NCBI GenBank assembly: GCA_002773855.1
Contig: PEZY01000005.1
Coordinates: forward strand, 8,237-72,236
DNA: 64,000 nucleotides
Origin: Candidatus Buchananbacteria bacterium CG10_big_fil_rev_8_21_14_0_10_33_19
GTDB taxonomy: Bacteria > Patescibacteriota > Patescibacteriia > 2-01-FULL-39-33
Direction: 5' to 3'
In this document: piece by piece, positions 27,769-36,850 of the stretch
Numbering within the stretch: position 1 is the stretch's first letter
Layout: each line of letters starts with the position of its first letter
Made by a program: the position numbers and the translations under genes
The notes under the pieces: model-generated
Told to the model about the DNA's origin: nothing
Databases searched by the model: none
Seen by the model: only the letters and a program-made list of their open reading frames with translations

Positions 27769-29775
27769 ATGAAAATACTACAAATTAACAAATTTTTATA
27801 CCCCCAAGGTGGCACAGAGACTTATCTCTTGTCACTGATTTCCCTATTGTCTAAAAATGGCCATCAAGTTATTGGCTTTTCTCAAAAAAATAAAAATAAC
27901 ATTAACTTAGCTGGTAAAGAATTTTTTATAAGTGATATTAAACTTAATAAATTTTATTTTAAAAATATCTTTAAAATCGGTAGAATTTTCTGGTCACTGG
28001 AAGCTAAAAAAAATATCCAAAAATTAATCGATAAAGAAAATATTGATATAGTTCATATTCATAATATCTATCATCAAATTTCACCATCTATTTTACCCGT
28101 CATTAAAAAAGCCGGCCTACCAATAATTATGACTGTACATGATTTTAAATTAGTTAGCCCTCATTACACTCTTTGGGCCACTAAAAATAATAAAAACCCC
28201 AAACCAGCTATTGCCAAAGCTTTAATGACTATGGAATATTTTTTTCATAAATCATTAAAAATCTACAAAAAAAATATTGACTTGTTTATTGCGCCTTCAG
28301 AATTTGTGAAAACTCAATTAATCAAGTCCGGTTTTGATGCGAACAAAATAATTGTTCTCCCTCATTTTGTGGAAACCATAAATCCAAATAACACAATTGA
28401 AGAAAAAAATTATCTAGTTTGTTTTGGTAGATTAGACGCTAGCAAAGGCATTAATGTACTAATTGAGGCTTTTTCTAAAGTTAAAAACGAAACAACTCTA
28501 AAAATAATTGGTAGTGGGCCAGCCGAAAAAAAACTTAAAAAACTAGCCCTAGATTTAGGCATCAAACACCGCATTGAATTTATCCCCCATTGTTCTAAAA
28601 CTGATTTAGAAAAAATTATAACCCAAAGTCTATTTACTGTTTTTCCATCACTAGTTCACGAAACATTTGGCCTAGGTGTTATTGAAAGTCATCTCCTGGG
28701 TAAAGCAGTAATCGCTACTAAAGTCGGTGCCTATTCGGAAAACATCGTAGACCAAAAAACCGGCCTGCTAGTTGAACCCAATAATCCCCATGAACTAACC
28801 TTAGCCATAGAAAAACTAATTACTAATCCCGACTTAAGGCAATCAATGGATCAATTAGCACAAAATATGGCTAGCCAAAAATTCACTTCCGAACTCCATT
28901 TAACTAAAATAATTTCTATTTATAAGTCATTAATAAATCAATCAACAGCCGCCAAAAGACATTATCAACTAGAAAAATATTACGCGAATAAAATTCTTCA
29001 GACTCCTACAGGTGAAGTTAGAAATCAAATAATTACTCAGGCCTACGATGCTATTAACTCACTAGTCAATAGCTATCGACCAGCTGGTATTAGAGGTCAT
29101 AACCAATCAACATTTAAATTAATAAAAAATCTATCTTCAAAAGAAAAAGCTATTTTAGATTATGGTTGTGGCGCTGGAGAATTAGTTAATCTACTAGCTA
29201 AAAATGGCTACCAAGCTACTGGCTTTGATGTCTCACCAGCTATGATAAGTGAGGCCAAAAAACAGGCTGAATCAAATAGTAAATTTATTTCTGGACAATT
29301 GGATAACCTAAAAAATAAATATGATTTAATTGTTATGGATAATGTTATTGAGCACATCGCCCCAGATGAAATCAAAGAGACTTTATTGAAATTAAAAACT
29401 ATTTTAAAAGATCATGGCCGATTATTAATTATTACGCCTCACCAGTTTTCTGGACCTCATGATATTAGCGGTCATTTTCTAAAATTAGGCAGTAAAGCTC
29501 AAGGCCTACATCTAAAAGAATTTAATTTACATGAACTTGTCAGTGATGTTAAAAAATGTGATTATAATCGTATCTATGGCTATTTTATAAACCCTAGAAT
29601 CAATGAGCTTATAAAACTAAATATTAAGCCTAGACAATTATGGTTAAAAAAATCACTTATTTTAGAACAAATATTTAACCATAAATCATTAAACTGGTTA
29701 CTAAGAATAAACAAGAAATTAACTAAACTATTAATTGCCTTGATGTTCCCGACTATTATCGTAGCGCAAAAATAA
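27769..29775 (+). CDS. Fusion protein: GT4 glycosyltransferase (N-terminal ~380 aa) plus a class I SAM-dependent methyltransferase (C-terminal)
   Basis: GT4 blocks: GGTETYLLSL, FGRLDASKGINVLIEAF, FPSLVHETFGLGVIESHLLGKAVIATKVG. MTase motif I ILDYGCGAGELVNLL and post-I DLIVMDNVIEHI. Confidence 0.75.
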   Translation: MKILQINKFLYPQGGTETYLLSLISLLSKNGHQVIGFSQKNKNNINLAGKEFFISDIKLNKFYFKNIFKIGRIFWSLEAKKNIQKLIDKENIDIVHIHNIYHQISPSILPVIKKAGLPIIMTVHDFKLVSPHYTLWATKNNKNPKPAIAKALMTMEYFFHKSLKIYKKNIDLFIAPSEFVKTQLIKSGFDANKIIVLPHFVETINPNNTIEEKNYLVCFGRLDASKGINVLIEAFSKVKNETTLKIIGSGPAEKKLKKLALDLGIKHRIEFIPHCSKTDLEKIITQSLFTVFPSLVHETFGLGVIESHLLGKAVIATKVGAYSENIVDQKTGLLVEPNNPHELTLAIEKLITNPDLRQSMDQLAQNMASQKFTSELHLTKIISIYKSLINQSTAAKRHYQLEKYYANKILQTPTGEVRNQIITQAYDAINSLVNSYRPAGIRGHNQSTFKLIKNLSSKEKAILDYGCGAGELVNLLAKNGYQATGFDVSPAMISEAKKQAESNSKFISGQLDNLKNKYDLIVMDNVIEHIAPDEIKETLLKLKTILKDHGRLLIITPHQFSGPHDISGHFLKLGSKAQGLHLKEFNLHELVSDVKKCDYNRIYGYFINPRINELIKLNIKPRQLWLKKSLILEQIFNHKSLNWLLRINKKLTKLLIALMFPTIIVAQK

Positions 29776-29780
29776 ATATT

Positions 29781-31826
29781 ATGGATAAGATTATTCTAAC
29801 AATTGCTGTCACCCTGCTATTAATTCCTTCAATGGTCTTGGCTTTTGAATTGCCAAATCATAACTATCCTAGAACCGTAAATCTTTATTGGAAAACCCCG
29901 ATTACTATGGCTGAAGTACCAATTTTAGCTAAGTGGGATATGTTGGCTTTAGATATGAAGGCTCAAGTAGATAGTGCTGAAGCGATTAGAAAGATTAGAG
30001 CTCTTAACCCCGATATTATTATTCTGGCCTACACCACTGCTAACGAAGTGCCAAATGAAAGATTATCACTAGTCGAGCCAAGTGGCACTGGTTTGTGGCA
30101 TGAATTAGTAGCTGGCATTAAACCAGCTTGGTACTTAAAAACTTACACTGATGAAAAAATAACCTACTGGCCAGGCAATTTATCTATGAACCAATATGCT
30201 AGTGATGGCTTTGGTCATTATTACAATGATTATTTAATCAATTTTTATACTACTAAAGTTTTAGCTACTGGTCTGTGGGATGGTTTATTATTTGATAATG
30301 TTTGGGACACTATTGCTTGGGTTAATCCTAATATTGATATTGATGGTGATGGTCGCCATGACAGTGAATCAAAAATAAACCAGCTCTGGCAAACTGGTAA
30401 TCGGATATTTTTTAGAAATCTCAGAGAGAGATTAGGTGATAAATATTTAATACTAGGCAATGGTGAGGGTTCTTACAGTGAATACATCAATGGTCGCATG
30501 TTTGAAAGCTTTCCAGAATTTTGGGAAGGTGGCTGGTCCGGTTCTATGGAAAGATATTTTACCACCAACAAAAACGGTTATCAGCCTCGAGTAAATATTG
30601 TTAATGCCGATTCTGATAACACCGGACAATATATTAATTCTAATCGAATGCGTTATGGCCTAGTTAGTACTCTAATGTATGACGGCTATTACAGTTTTGA
30701 CTGGGGCACAGAAAAACGAGAAGACTTTTGGTGGTATGATGAATTTGATGTTAATCTAGGTCAACCAAAATCAACACCTATTAATTTACTTGATTTTACC
30801 AATGGTCAAATCAAAGGTGGTGTTTGGCAGAGGGATTTTCAAAATGGCTTAGCTATAGTTAATTCTACTAATGATTTACAAACCATTAATTTTGATCGTG
30901 AATACGAAAAAATTAATAGTCGACAAAACTCTGACATCAACAATGGTGGCAAAATTAATAGCCTAACTTTAATGCCAGAAGACGGTACCATTCTTTTGCG
31001 ACCAATTGAAAGTATCAAACAAGCGGTGTTTACCAATGGATCATTTGCCAGAATTTTCAATCAAAATGGCGATAATATTAGATCTAGTTTCTTTGCCTAT
31101 AACCCTAAATTTAATGGTGGTCAAAAAATCGCTCAGTTAGATATTGATAATGGTGGCCATGATGAAACAGTGGTAGTCGATAAAACAAAAATAACTATTT
31201 ATAGTGACTATGGTTTTATCGAAAATGAAATTACTCCATATGGCACAAATTACAGTGGCGGTATTTCTATAGCTTTTGCCGATTTAGATCATGATAATAA
31301 ATTAGAAATCATTACTGGTCCAGAAAATGGAGCTAACAATGAAATTAAAATATTTAATAGCGATGGTGTTCTCATTAATAGTTGGTACGCTTATAAAAAA
31401 GAGTGGGCCAGATTAGGGGTTAATGTCGCAGCTGGTGATGTCAATGGCGATGGTGAAATAGAAATTATTGCTGGTGCTGGTTACCGTGGCGGTCCTCATA
31501 TTAAAATATTTGATAAAACTGGTGCGACTCTAATTAGTGAATTTTTCTCTTATGATAAAAATTTTACTGGCGGTACTTATGTCGCTAGTGGTGATATTAA
31601 TGGTGACGGCTTAGACGAAATAATTACCGGTCAAGGTCCAACTGGCAAACCCATAATTAAAATTTTTAATTACCTAGGCGTACTGTCCAAAGAATGGCAA
31701 CCTTACAATCCTAAAAATAACAACGGCATCAGAGTAGCCGTCACCGATCTAGACGATGATAACATAGCTGAAATTATAGCTCTGAGCACTGATGTATTTA
31801 CCATAAGCTTTGCTGATTTTAAATAA
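29781..31826 (+). CDS. Secreted protein: an N-terminal putative glycoside-hydrolase-like (TIM-barrel) domain plus C-terminal FG-GAP/VCBS beta-propeller repeats
   Basis: It has a signal peptide. There are four or five repeats of the D-x-D/N-x-D-G-x-x-E-I-I type (DLDHDNKLEIITG, GDVNGDGEIEIIAG, GDINGDGLDEIITG, TDLDDDNIAEIIA). Confidence 0.5.
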   Translation: MDKIILTIAVTLLLIPSMVLAFELPNHNYPRTVNLYWKTPITMAEVPILAKWDMLALDMKAQVDSAEAIRKIRALNPDIIILAYTTANEVPNERLSLVEPSGTGLWHELVAGIKPAWYLKTYTDEKITYWPGNLSMNQYASDGFGHYYNDYLINFYTTKVLATGLWDGLLFDNVWDTIAWVNPNIDIDGDGRHDSESKINQLWQTGNRIFFRNLRERLGDKYLILGNGEGSYSEYINGRMFESFPEFWEGGWSGSMERYFTTNKNGYQPRVNIVNADSDNTGQYINSNRMRYGLVSTLMYDGYYSFDWGTEKREDFWWYDEFDVNLGQPKSTPINLLDFTNGQIKGGVWQRDFQNGLAIVNSTNDLQTINFDREYEKINSRQNSDINNGGKINSLTLMPEDGTILLRPIESIKQAVFTNGSFARIFNQNGDNIRSSFFAYNPKFNGGQKIAQLDIDNGGHDETVVVDKTKITIYSDYGFIENEITPYGTNYSGGISIAFADLDHDNKLEIITGPENGANNEIKIFNSDGVLINSWYAYKKEWARLGVNVAAGDVNGDGEIEIIAGAGYRGGPHIKIFDKTGATLISEFFSYDKNFTGGTYVASGDINGDGLDEIITGQGPTGKPIIKIFNYLGVLSKEWQPYNPKNNNGIRVAVTDLDDDNIAEIIALSTDVFTISFADFK

Positions 31827-31850
31827 ACTAGACAATAATATTTTAAATAT

Positions 31851-32633
31851 ATGAAACAACTTCTAAAAAAACGCTGGGACAAACATTACGCTAAAGGTAA
31901 AAATAAAAGATATTGGCATTTAACTATTGATAGTCTTTTGATGGTAATAATTTTAAGCCTACTAACAATTAACACTTACTTATCGGCTAGTAACGCTGGT
32001 TTAGTTTTGGGTACTTATAATAATAATGATTTTATTGTCGAAAATATACCAGCTAATCAAACCAACAATTTAAATGACCCTAATAGTGCTACTACCACTA
32101 ATAAACAAACAATTACAAACGAGCCAACTGCTATAAAATCAACCAATATAAATTTACAATCTTTGGCTAGATACTACACCGCTAATGGTGATCAATTAGG
32201 TGTTGGACCATTACCGCCACAAGTTGGCACGGCTACCAAGTACTGGATTTTTATTAGTATAAATAATTTTACTCATGGTTTAGAGAATGTTTTGATATCT
32301 GCTGATCTACCAGATAATGTTGTACTAACTGGCAAATCTAGTGTCACTATTGGTGATAATTTAACATTAACTGATAATTCTAAACAAATTAAATGGCAAT
32401 TTAGCCAGTTAACTAGAGATAATCCAGAGCAAATTATTGGTTTAGCTTTTGAGGTGCAAATAACTCCTACTATAGACCAGGTCGGCTCTACAGCGAAACT
32501 ATTAACCAATATCAAAATATCAGCTTTAGACACAGTTACTAGTAAAATTATTACCAAGACTAATACTGATATATCCACGTATTTAAACCATGATAAAACA
32601 GCTAATTCTAGTGGCATTATCATAGCCGAATAA
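31851..32633 (+). CDS. Membrane-anchored Thr/Asn-rich extracellular protein, hypothetical (possibly DUF11-like)
   Basis: N-terminal TM anchor. The LISADLPDNVVLTG block weakly resembles DUF11 repeats. Confidence 0.35.
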   Translation: MKQLLKKRWDKHYAKGKNKRYWHLTIDSLLMVIILSLLTINTYLSASNAGLVLGTYNNNDFIVENIPANQTNNLNDPNSATTTNKQTITNEPTAIKSTNINLQSLARYYTANGDQLGVGPLPPQVGTATKYWIFISINNFTHGLENVLISADLPDNVVLTGKSSVTIGDNLTLTDNSKQIKWQFSQLTRDNPEQIIGLAFEVQITPTIDQVGSTAKLLTNIKISALDTVTSKIITKTNTDISTYLNHDKTANSSGIIIAE

Positions 32634-32650
32634 TCATCTAAAATAAGCCA

Positions 32651-32680
32651 AAAAAAACACTCTTTTATGAGTGTTTTTTG
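32651..32680 (+). terminator. Rho-independent terminator
   Basis: aacactc-ttttat-gagtgtt followed by TTTTT. Confidence 0.6.
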
Positions 32681-32683
32681 TTC

Positions 32684-32712
32684 TTGACATTTTTTACTAT
32701 TTATGATAATAT
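32684..32712 (+). promoter_or_regulatory. Consensus sigma70 promoter (TTGACA, 17 nt, TAATAT), followed by a 5'UTR hairpin AAGTGAGgcgttCTCACTT
   Basis: TTGACA at 32684-32689 and TAATAT at 32707-32712. The hairpin is at 32722-32740. Confidence 0.5.
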
Positions 32713-32816
32713 ACATTGTTAAGTGAGGCGTTCTCACTTTGTCCTTTTACAAAGAAGATGTGGCAGTTATCCACTGTGGATTATTGTCACATGTCAAACA
32801 AACAGGGAGAATTAAA

Positions 32817-34337
32817 ATGAAAAAGTGTATATTGATGTCTATGATTTTTTGTATTTTATCTCTTGGTTTCGTGGGTTGCCCCATGGAACCGCCAATGGAA
32901 ACCGAAATAATGGTTTCCGCCGTGCTTCAGGATGAGGCCGACTATGTTCTGTTCAACGATGATATTTCGAATTTTAATCAAATTATGATCGCCAGCGACG
33001 CCGGCCCGGTACATGGTACACTGATGTACACTGGCGAACAACTTTCGAATCTGAAAGTCAACTTCACTGTTGACGGAGATCTCATTTCCGTAGATGTTTT
33101 TAGCACCGCTAAAACATTTGAAGACAGTGATTTGCTGGGCTATTTGATTGCCATTGGCATCATGAACTCGGCCAATGACTTTATGTTCGAAAGTGGCATG
33201 GAAGATAGCGTCCCCTTCAACTCCCTGGATTTCTATCTAGGGGAAGTGGTCGACTCTATGACAGTGGTGGCGACCAGTGCCAATGGTGCTGCGTTTATCA
33301 CTACCTTTACCAGAGAAGGTTCAGCTATTCAGGACAACTTTGTTCTAGTAACAGAATCATATCCTCTTGAAGGTGGAATGGTGACTGGTGCTGGCACATA
33401 TCCGGCTGGCAAAACGGTGACCATCGAAGCTACTCCGGCTGATGGCTATAGTTTTGATCACTGGATTGTTAACGGCACAGATGCCTACAACAATCCTGGC
33501 CTGATCACCATGGATAGTGATGTAATTGTAACGGCCGTGTTCACTCAGAACACAGTCACCAACTACAATCTGTCTATCACTGTTGAAGGTCAAGGTACCA
33601 CCACAGGCGCTGGTAGCTATGCGATGGGCACGGAAGTGACCATTACAGCGACACCGGCTTCAGGTTGGACTTTCGATCATTGGGTTGTCAATGGCACCGA
33701 TGCTCACAACAATCCTGGCACAGTCATGATGAATGGTGATGTAATGGTAGTGGCAGTGTTCACTCAGAACACAGTCACCAACTACAATCTGTCCATCACT
33801 GTTGAAGGTCAAGGTACAACCACCGGCGCGGGTAGTTATGCAATGGGCACGGAAGTGACCATTACAGCGACACCGGCTTCAGGTTGGGTATTTGATCATT
33901 GGATGATCAGTAATACAACGGTTTACGAGAGCGAGACAGTGGTGACAGTAAATGGGAATATGTCTATCGTAGCTGTATTTTCTACTGACGCCAATCCTGG
34001 TGGCTTGATCAAAGTCGATCTCACTTGGAATGGCAGCACTCTTATCCTTGACGCGAAAAACGCCAACCCAGGATCAATTGGCCTGGAACTTTACCATCAA
34101 TCTGGTGGAGCCCCTTGGATTGAACGTCAAGTATTTGGTGTCGATAATGGTAATGCCCATGACACTGTCACCGAGTTCCGACCCAATATTTTGCGATTTG
34201 GCGTTGTCTCAAATGACAATGTCAGTATTGATGGATATATACCCATAGAAACACTGACCGTCAAAATCAACGGTCAGAATGTTCCAATAGTGGACTCAGC
34301 CTTCCAGGTTGATGTTTCCACGCTTAATAGTAAATAG
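32817..34337 (+). CDS. Lipoprotein with three InlB-B-type (Listeria-Bacteroides / Flg_new-like) repeat domains. The gene is a compositional outlier at ~48% GC.
   Basis: RBS AGGGAGA and a lipobox LSLGFVGC. The repeats carry A-T-P-A-x-G-[WY]-x-F-D-H-W. Codon usage (CCG, GCC, CTG) is unlike the flanking genes. I moved the start to the ATG at 32817. Confidence 0.7.
   Translation: MKKCILMSMIFCILSLGFVGCPMEPPMETEIMVSAVLQDEADYVLFNDDISNFNQIMIASDAGPVHGTLMYTGEQLSNLKVNFTVDGDLISVDVFSTAKTFEDSDLLGYLIAIGIMNSANDFMFESGMEDSVPFNSLDFYLGEVVDSMTVVATSANGAAFITTFTREGSAIQDNFVLVTESYPLEGGMVTGAGTYPAGKTVTIEATPADGYSFDHWIVNGTDAYNNPGLITMDSDVIVTAVFTQNTVTNYNLSITVEGQGTTTGAGSYAMGTEVTITATPASGWTFDHWVVNGTDAHNNPGTVMMNGDVMVVAVFTQNTVTNYNLSITVEGQGTTTGAGSYAMGTEVTITATPASGWVFDHWMISNTTVYESETVVTVNGNMSIVAVFSTDANPGGLIKVDLTWNGSTLILDAKNANPGSIGLELYHQSGGAPWIERQVFGVDNGNAHDTVTEFRPNILRFGVVSNDNVSIDGYIPIETLTVKINGQNVPIVDSAFQVDVSTLNSK
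33537..33974 (+). repeat. Tandem 219-bp (73-codon) direct repeat inside the lipoprotein gene. The first ~150 bp of each unit are near-identical; the remainder diverges.
   Basis: Copy 1 is 33537-33755 and copy 2 is 33756-33974. There are six nucleotide differences in the conserved part, all synonymous. Confidence 0.8.
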
Positions 34338-34355
34338 TTAGTACATTTTAAACAC

Positions 34356-34391
34356 CAGGCAGTTAGCTTTCGAGCTTCTGCCTGTTTTTTT
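34356..34391 (+). terminator. Rho-independent terminator of the lipoprotein cassette. A second hairpin lies at 34453-34479.
   Basis: caggcag-ttagctttcgagctt-ctgcctg followed by TTTTTTT. The second hairpin is aacacttcagac-ctagt-ctgaagtgtt. Confidence 0.6.
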
Positions 34392-34521
34392 ATTCAATTT
34401 ATAATTAACTTCTCCTATTAATTAAGTCTTTTAATAGACAAAGGCTACAACTAACACTTCAGACCTAGTCTGAAGTGTTCAATTTGTCTAAATTTAGGCA
34501 AAAATACAACGCCACCAGCTA

Positions 34522-34550
34522 TTGACAAATTACGTATTTTTTGTTAGAAT
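34522..34550 (+). promoter_or_regulatory. Sigma70 promoter (TTGACA, 17 nt, TAGAAT) for the downstream GT4 gene
   Basis: TTGACA at 34522-34527 and TAGAAT at 34545-34550. The ATG at 34522 listed in the ORF track lies inside this promoter. Confidence 0.45.
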
Positions 34551-34569
34551 GAGTAGTTATATTAAACAT

Positions 34570-35706
34570 ATGAAAATAGCCTTAATCGGACAAAAAGGTA
34601 TTCCAGCCAAACAGGGTGGAATCGAAAAACACGTTGAAGAACTAAGCATTAGACTAGCTGAGGCTGGTTTTGACGTATCTGTCTATAGTCGCCCTCATTA
34701 TTCTGGTAAAAATATTAAAACTTATAAAAATGTTAAGCTAATATATTTACCATCTCTTAATACCAAAACTCTAGATGCTATTAGCCACACCCTAATTTCT
34801 ACCATTCATGCTTTGTTCCAAAATTATGACATCATCCATTATCATGGCGTTGGCCCTTCCCTACTATCTTGGCTACCTAGAATTTTAAAGCCGAATACCA
34901 AAGTAGTTGCTACTTTTCATTGTTTGGACAGAAAACACCAAAAATGGAATTGGTTTGCCAGACTTATGCTAGCTATGGGTGAGAGATCGGCTTGTTACTT
35001 CCCCCATCAAACTATTACGGTTTCTAAAACCTTAAAAAAATATTGTGAATACAGATTTGATAAAACCACCAATTATATTCCGAATGGTGTTAGTTTAAAT
35101 CAAGATGAAGCTAATTTAAATATCTTAAAACAATATAATTTAGAAAAAGATAGTTATATTTTTACCGCCTCTCGATTAGTTAGACATAAAGGTATTCACA
35201 CTTTAATTGAAGCTTACAATAAAATTCAAACTACCAAAAAATTAGTTATTGCTGGTGAAGGCGCTAATACTTACGAGTACGTCAAAGAATTAAAACAACT
35301 AGCAGCTGGTAACAAAAATATAATTTTTGTTGGCGAACAAATAAATGGTAATTTAAAAGCTTTATTTGCCAATGCTTATTTATTCATCCAACCATCAGAA
35401 GCTGAAGGCCTATCGATTGCCTTACTAGAAGCTATCAGCTACAACTTGCCAGTTATTATTTCTGACATTGAAGAGAACAAAGAAGTAGCTGGTAACCGAA
35501 CGACCAGTTTTAAAAATAAAAATGCTAACGACTTAGCTAAAAAAATAGATTTTGCTATTAATAATTATAAGCAAATAAAAATTAATACCGAACTCGCCAA
35601 AAAAGCTGTTGACAAAGAATACGATTGGAATAATATAGTTAATCAAACCATTGGCTTATACAAACAACCATTTAAATCTGTTTATAAACCAAGGCTAGCC
35701 AAATAA
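34570..35706 (+). CDS. GT4-family glycosyltransferase
   Basis: MKIALIGQKGIPAKQGGIEKHVEEL. GT4 C-terminal blocks: RLVRHKGIHTLIEAY, EGLSIALLEAISYNLPVIISDI. Confidence 0.8.
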   Translation: MKIALIGQKGIPAKQGGIEKHVEELSIRLAEAGFDVSVYSRPHYSGKNIKTYKNVKLIYLPSLNTKTLDAISHTLISTIHALFQNYDIIHYHGVGPSLLSWLPRILKPNTKVVATFHCLDRKHQKWNWFARLMLAMGERSACYFPHQTITVSKTLKKYCEYRFDKTTNYIPNGVSLNQDEANLNILKQYNLEKDSYIFTASRLVRHKGIHTLIEAYNKIQTTKKLVIAGEGANTYEYVKELKQLAAGNKNIIFVGEQINGNLKALFANAYLFIQPSEAEGLSIALLEAISYNLPVIISDIEENKEVAGNRTTSFKNKNANDLAKKIDFAINNYKQIKINTELAKKAVDKEYDWNNIVNQTIGLYKQPFKSVYKPRLAK

Positions 35707-35735
35707 AAAACACCGACACAAGTTGGTGTTTTTTG
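35705..35735 (+). terminator. Rho-independent terminator
   Basis: caccgac-acaa-gttggtg followed by TTTTTT. Confidence 0.55.
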
Positions 35736-35812
35736 ATCCATTAATTGACAATATTAAATTAATACTGTAATTTAATTTTGTACTGGCACCTTAACAAGAT
35801 GGAGAAAGAATC

Positions 35813-36232
35813 ATGCAACTCTATATAATACCAGCAATATTTACATTGGTGAGTATACTAATGATTAGATTGACTTATCATTTTTTTAACACTAAATCAG
35901 ATACAAGCCTCATTAGTGTTTGTGTCATCGCCAGCACAGTATTTATCACTGTGAGTTTATTTACACTAGCTTTAGTCACTGTTAGGCTATTTGGAGGTTA
36001 CCAAGTCCACCAAAGCGATTTAACAATCAATAGTGTTTGTGAAGTACTATATGTGGCTGAGCCACAAATAGTACCTGCAACTAATTTTAAGCCGGAGAGA
36101 AAAAATTATCCGACATTAATTAAATTGCCCAACGATGATTTGCGTTTTTTTAGCTTAGACACAGCAATGCCTGTAGGTTTTATTAAAGTATTGCCTGATC
36201 ACAAACTTCAACAGTTTACGACTACACATTAA
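35813..36232 (+). CDS. Small two-TM membrane protein, paralog A of a tandem pair; hypothetical
   Basis: RBS GGAGAAAG. It shares the C-terminal blocks IN[SG][VL]CEVLY, YPTLIKLP[ND] and GF[IF]KV with the next gene. Confidence 0.5.
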   Translation: MQLYIIPAIFTLVSILMIRLTYHFFNTKSDTSLISVCVIASTVFITVSLFTLALVTVRLFGGYQVHQSDLTINSVCEVLYVAEPQIVPATNFKPERKNYPTLIKLPNDDLRFFSLDTAMPVGFIKVLPDHKLQQFTTTH

Positions 36233-36275
36233 TAATTCTCTAATCTATCATATTAACATCAAGGAGATTACTAAT

Positions 36276-36713
36276 ATGATCTATTTGGGTACAGCACTGT
36301 TGTTAATATTTAGTCTTATTTTTTTTGGTCACTCAGTCTATTTAGTAGAATATCATGATGAAGGGGAAAAAGGAGCTGGTATGTTTGTCAGCTCAATAAT
36401 TGGCCTATTATCTGGTATAGCCTTAGTAAGTGTGCTAACAGCAAACAGTTTTGTGGGCTACGCTGCTAGTGACAGCCAACTACCAATTAACGGCTTATGT
36501 GAAGTACTTTATTCTGATACTACAACTACTTATATTGGCAAAGAAAAAATTGAAGAAGTAATATATCCAACTTTAATAAAATTACCAGATAATCAATTTA
36601 GACTATTCAACTTGAAAGAAAAAATAGAACCTGGGTTTTTTAAAGTATCAAATGATTATAATTTAGTACCACTTCAAAGATTAATCGAACCAGAAATTAA
36701 AAAAACTGAATAG
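36276..36713 (+). CDS. Small two-TM membrane protein, paralog B of the tandem pair; hypothetical
   Basis: RBS AAGGAG. The conserved motifs are listed with paralog A. Confidence 0.5.
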   Translation: MIYLGTALLLIFSLIFFGHSVYLVEYHDEGEKGAGMFVSSIIGLLSGIALVSVLTANSFVGYAASDSQLPINGLCEVLYSDTTTTYIGKEKIEEVIYPTLIKLPDNQFRLFNLKEKIEPGFFKVSNDYNLVPLQRLIEPEIKKTE

Positions 36714-36744
36714 TATAAAATTCTATTTTTGATATAAACTCACA

Positions 36745-36775
36745 ACACCAATTAAATATGATTGGTGTTTTTTTA
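36745..36775 (+). terminator. Rho-independent terminator
   Basis: acaccaat-taaatatg-attggtgt followed by TTTTTTT. Confidence 0.65.
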
Positions 36776-36850
36776 TTTTACAAATAATATTGTTCAGTTA
36801 TCCAAAATTATGTTATAATTTAATTATCTATTACAAATACCCATGCTAAA

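Noticed and set aside
33537-33974. Diversity-generating retroelement (template/variable repeat) explanation for the near-identical tandem repeats
   Set aside because: The differences are not adenine-specific (T>C, C>A, A>C, T>G, C>T, G>A) and are all synonymous. No reverse transcriptase gene is in the window. The repeats are in-frame protein domain duplicates.
34522-34569. The upstream ATG at 34522 as the start of the GT4 gene
   Set aside because: That ATG lies inside the TTGACA-17-TAGAAT promoter. The conserved GT4 N-terminus MKIALIG starts at 34570.
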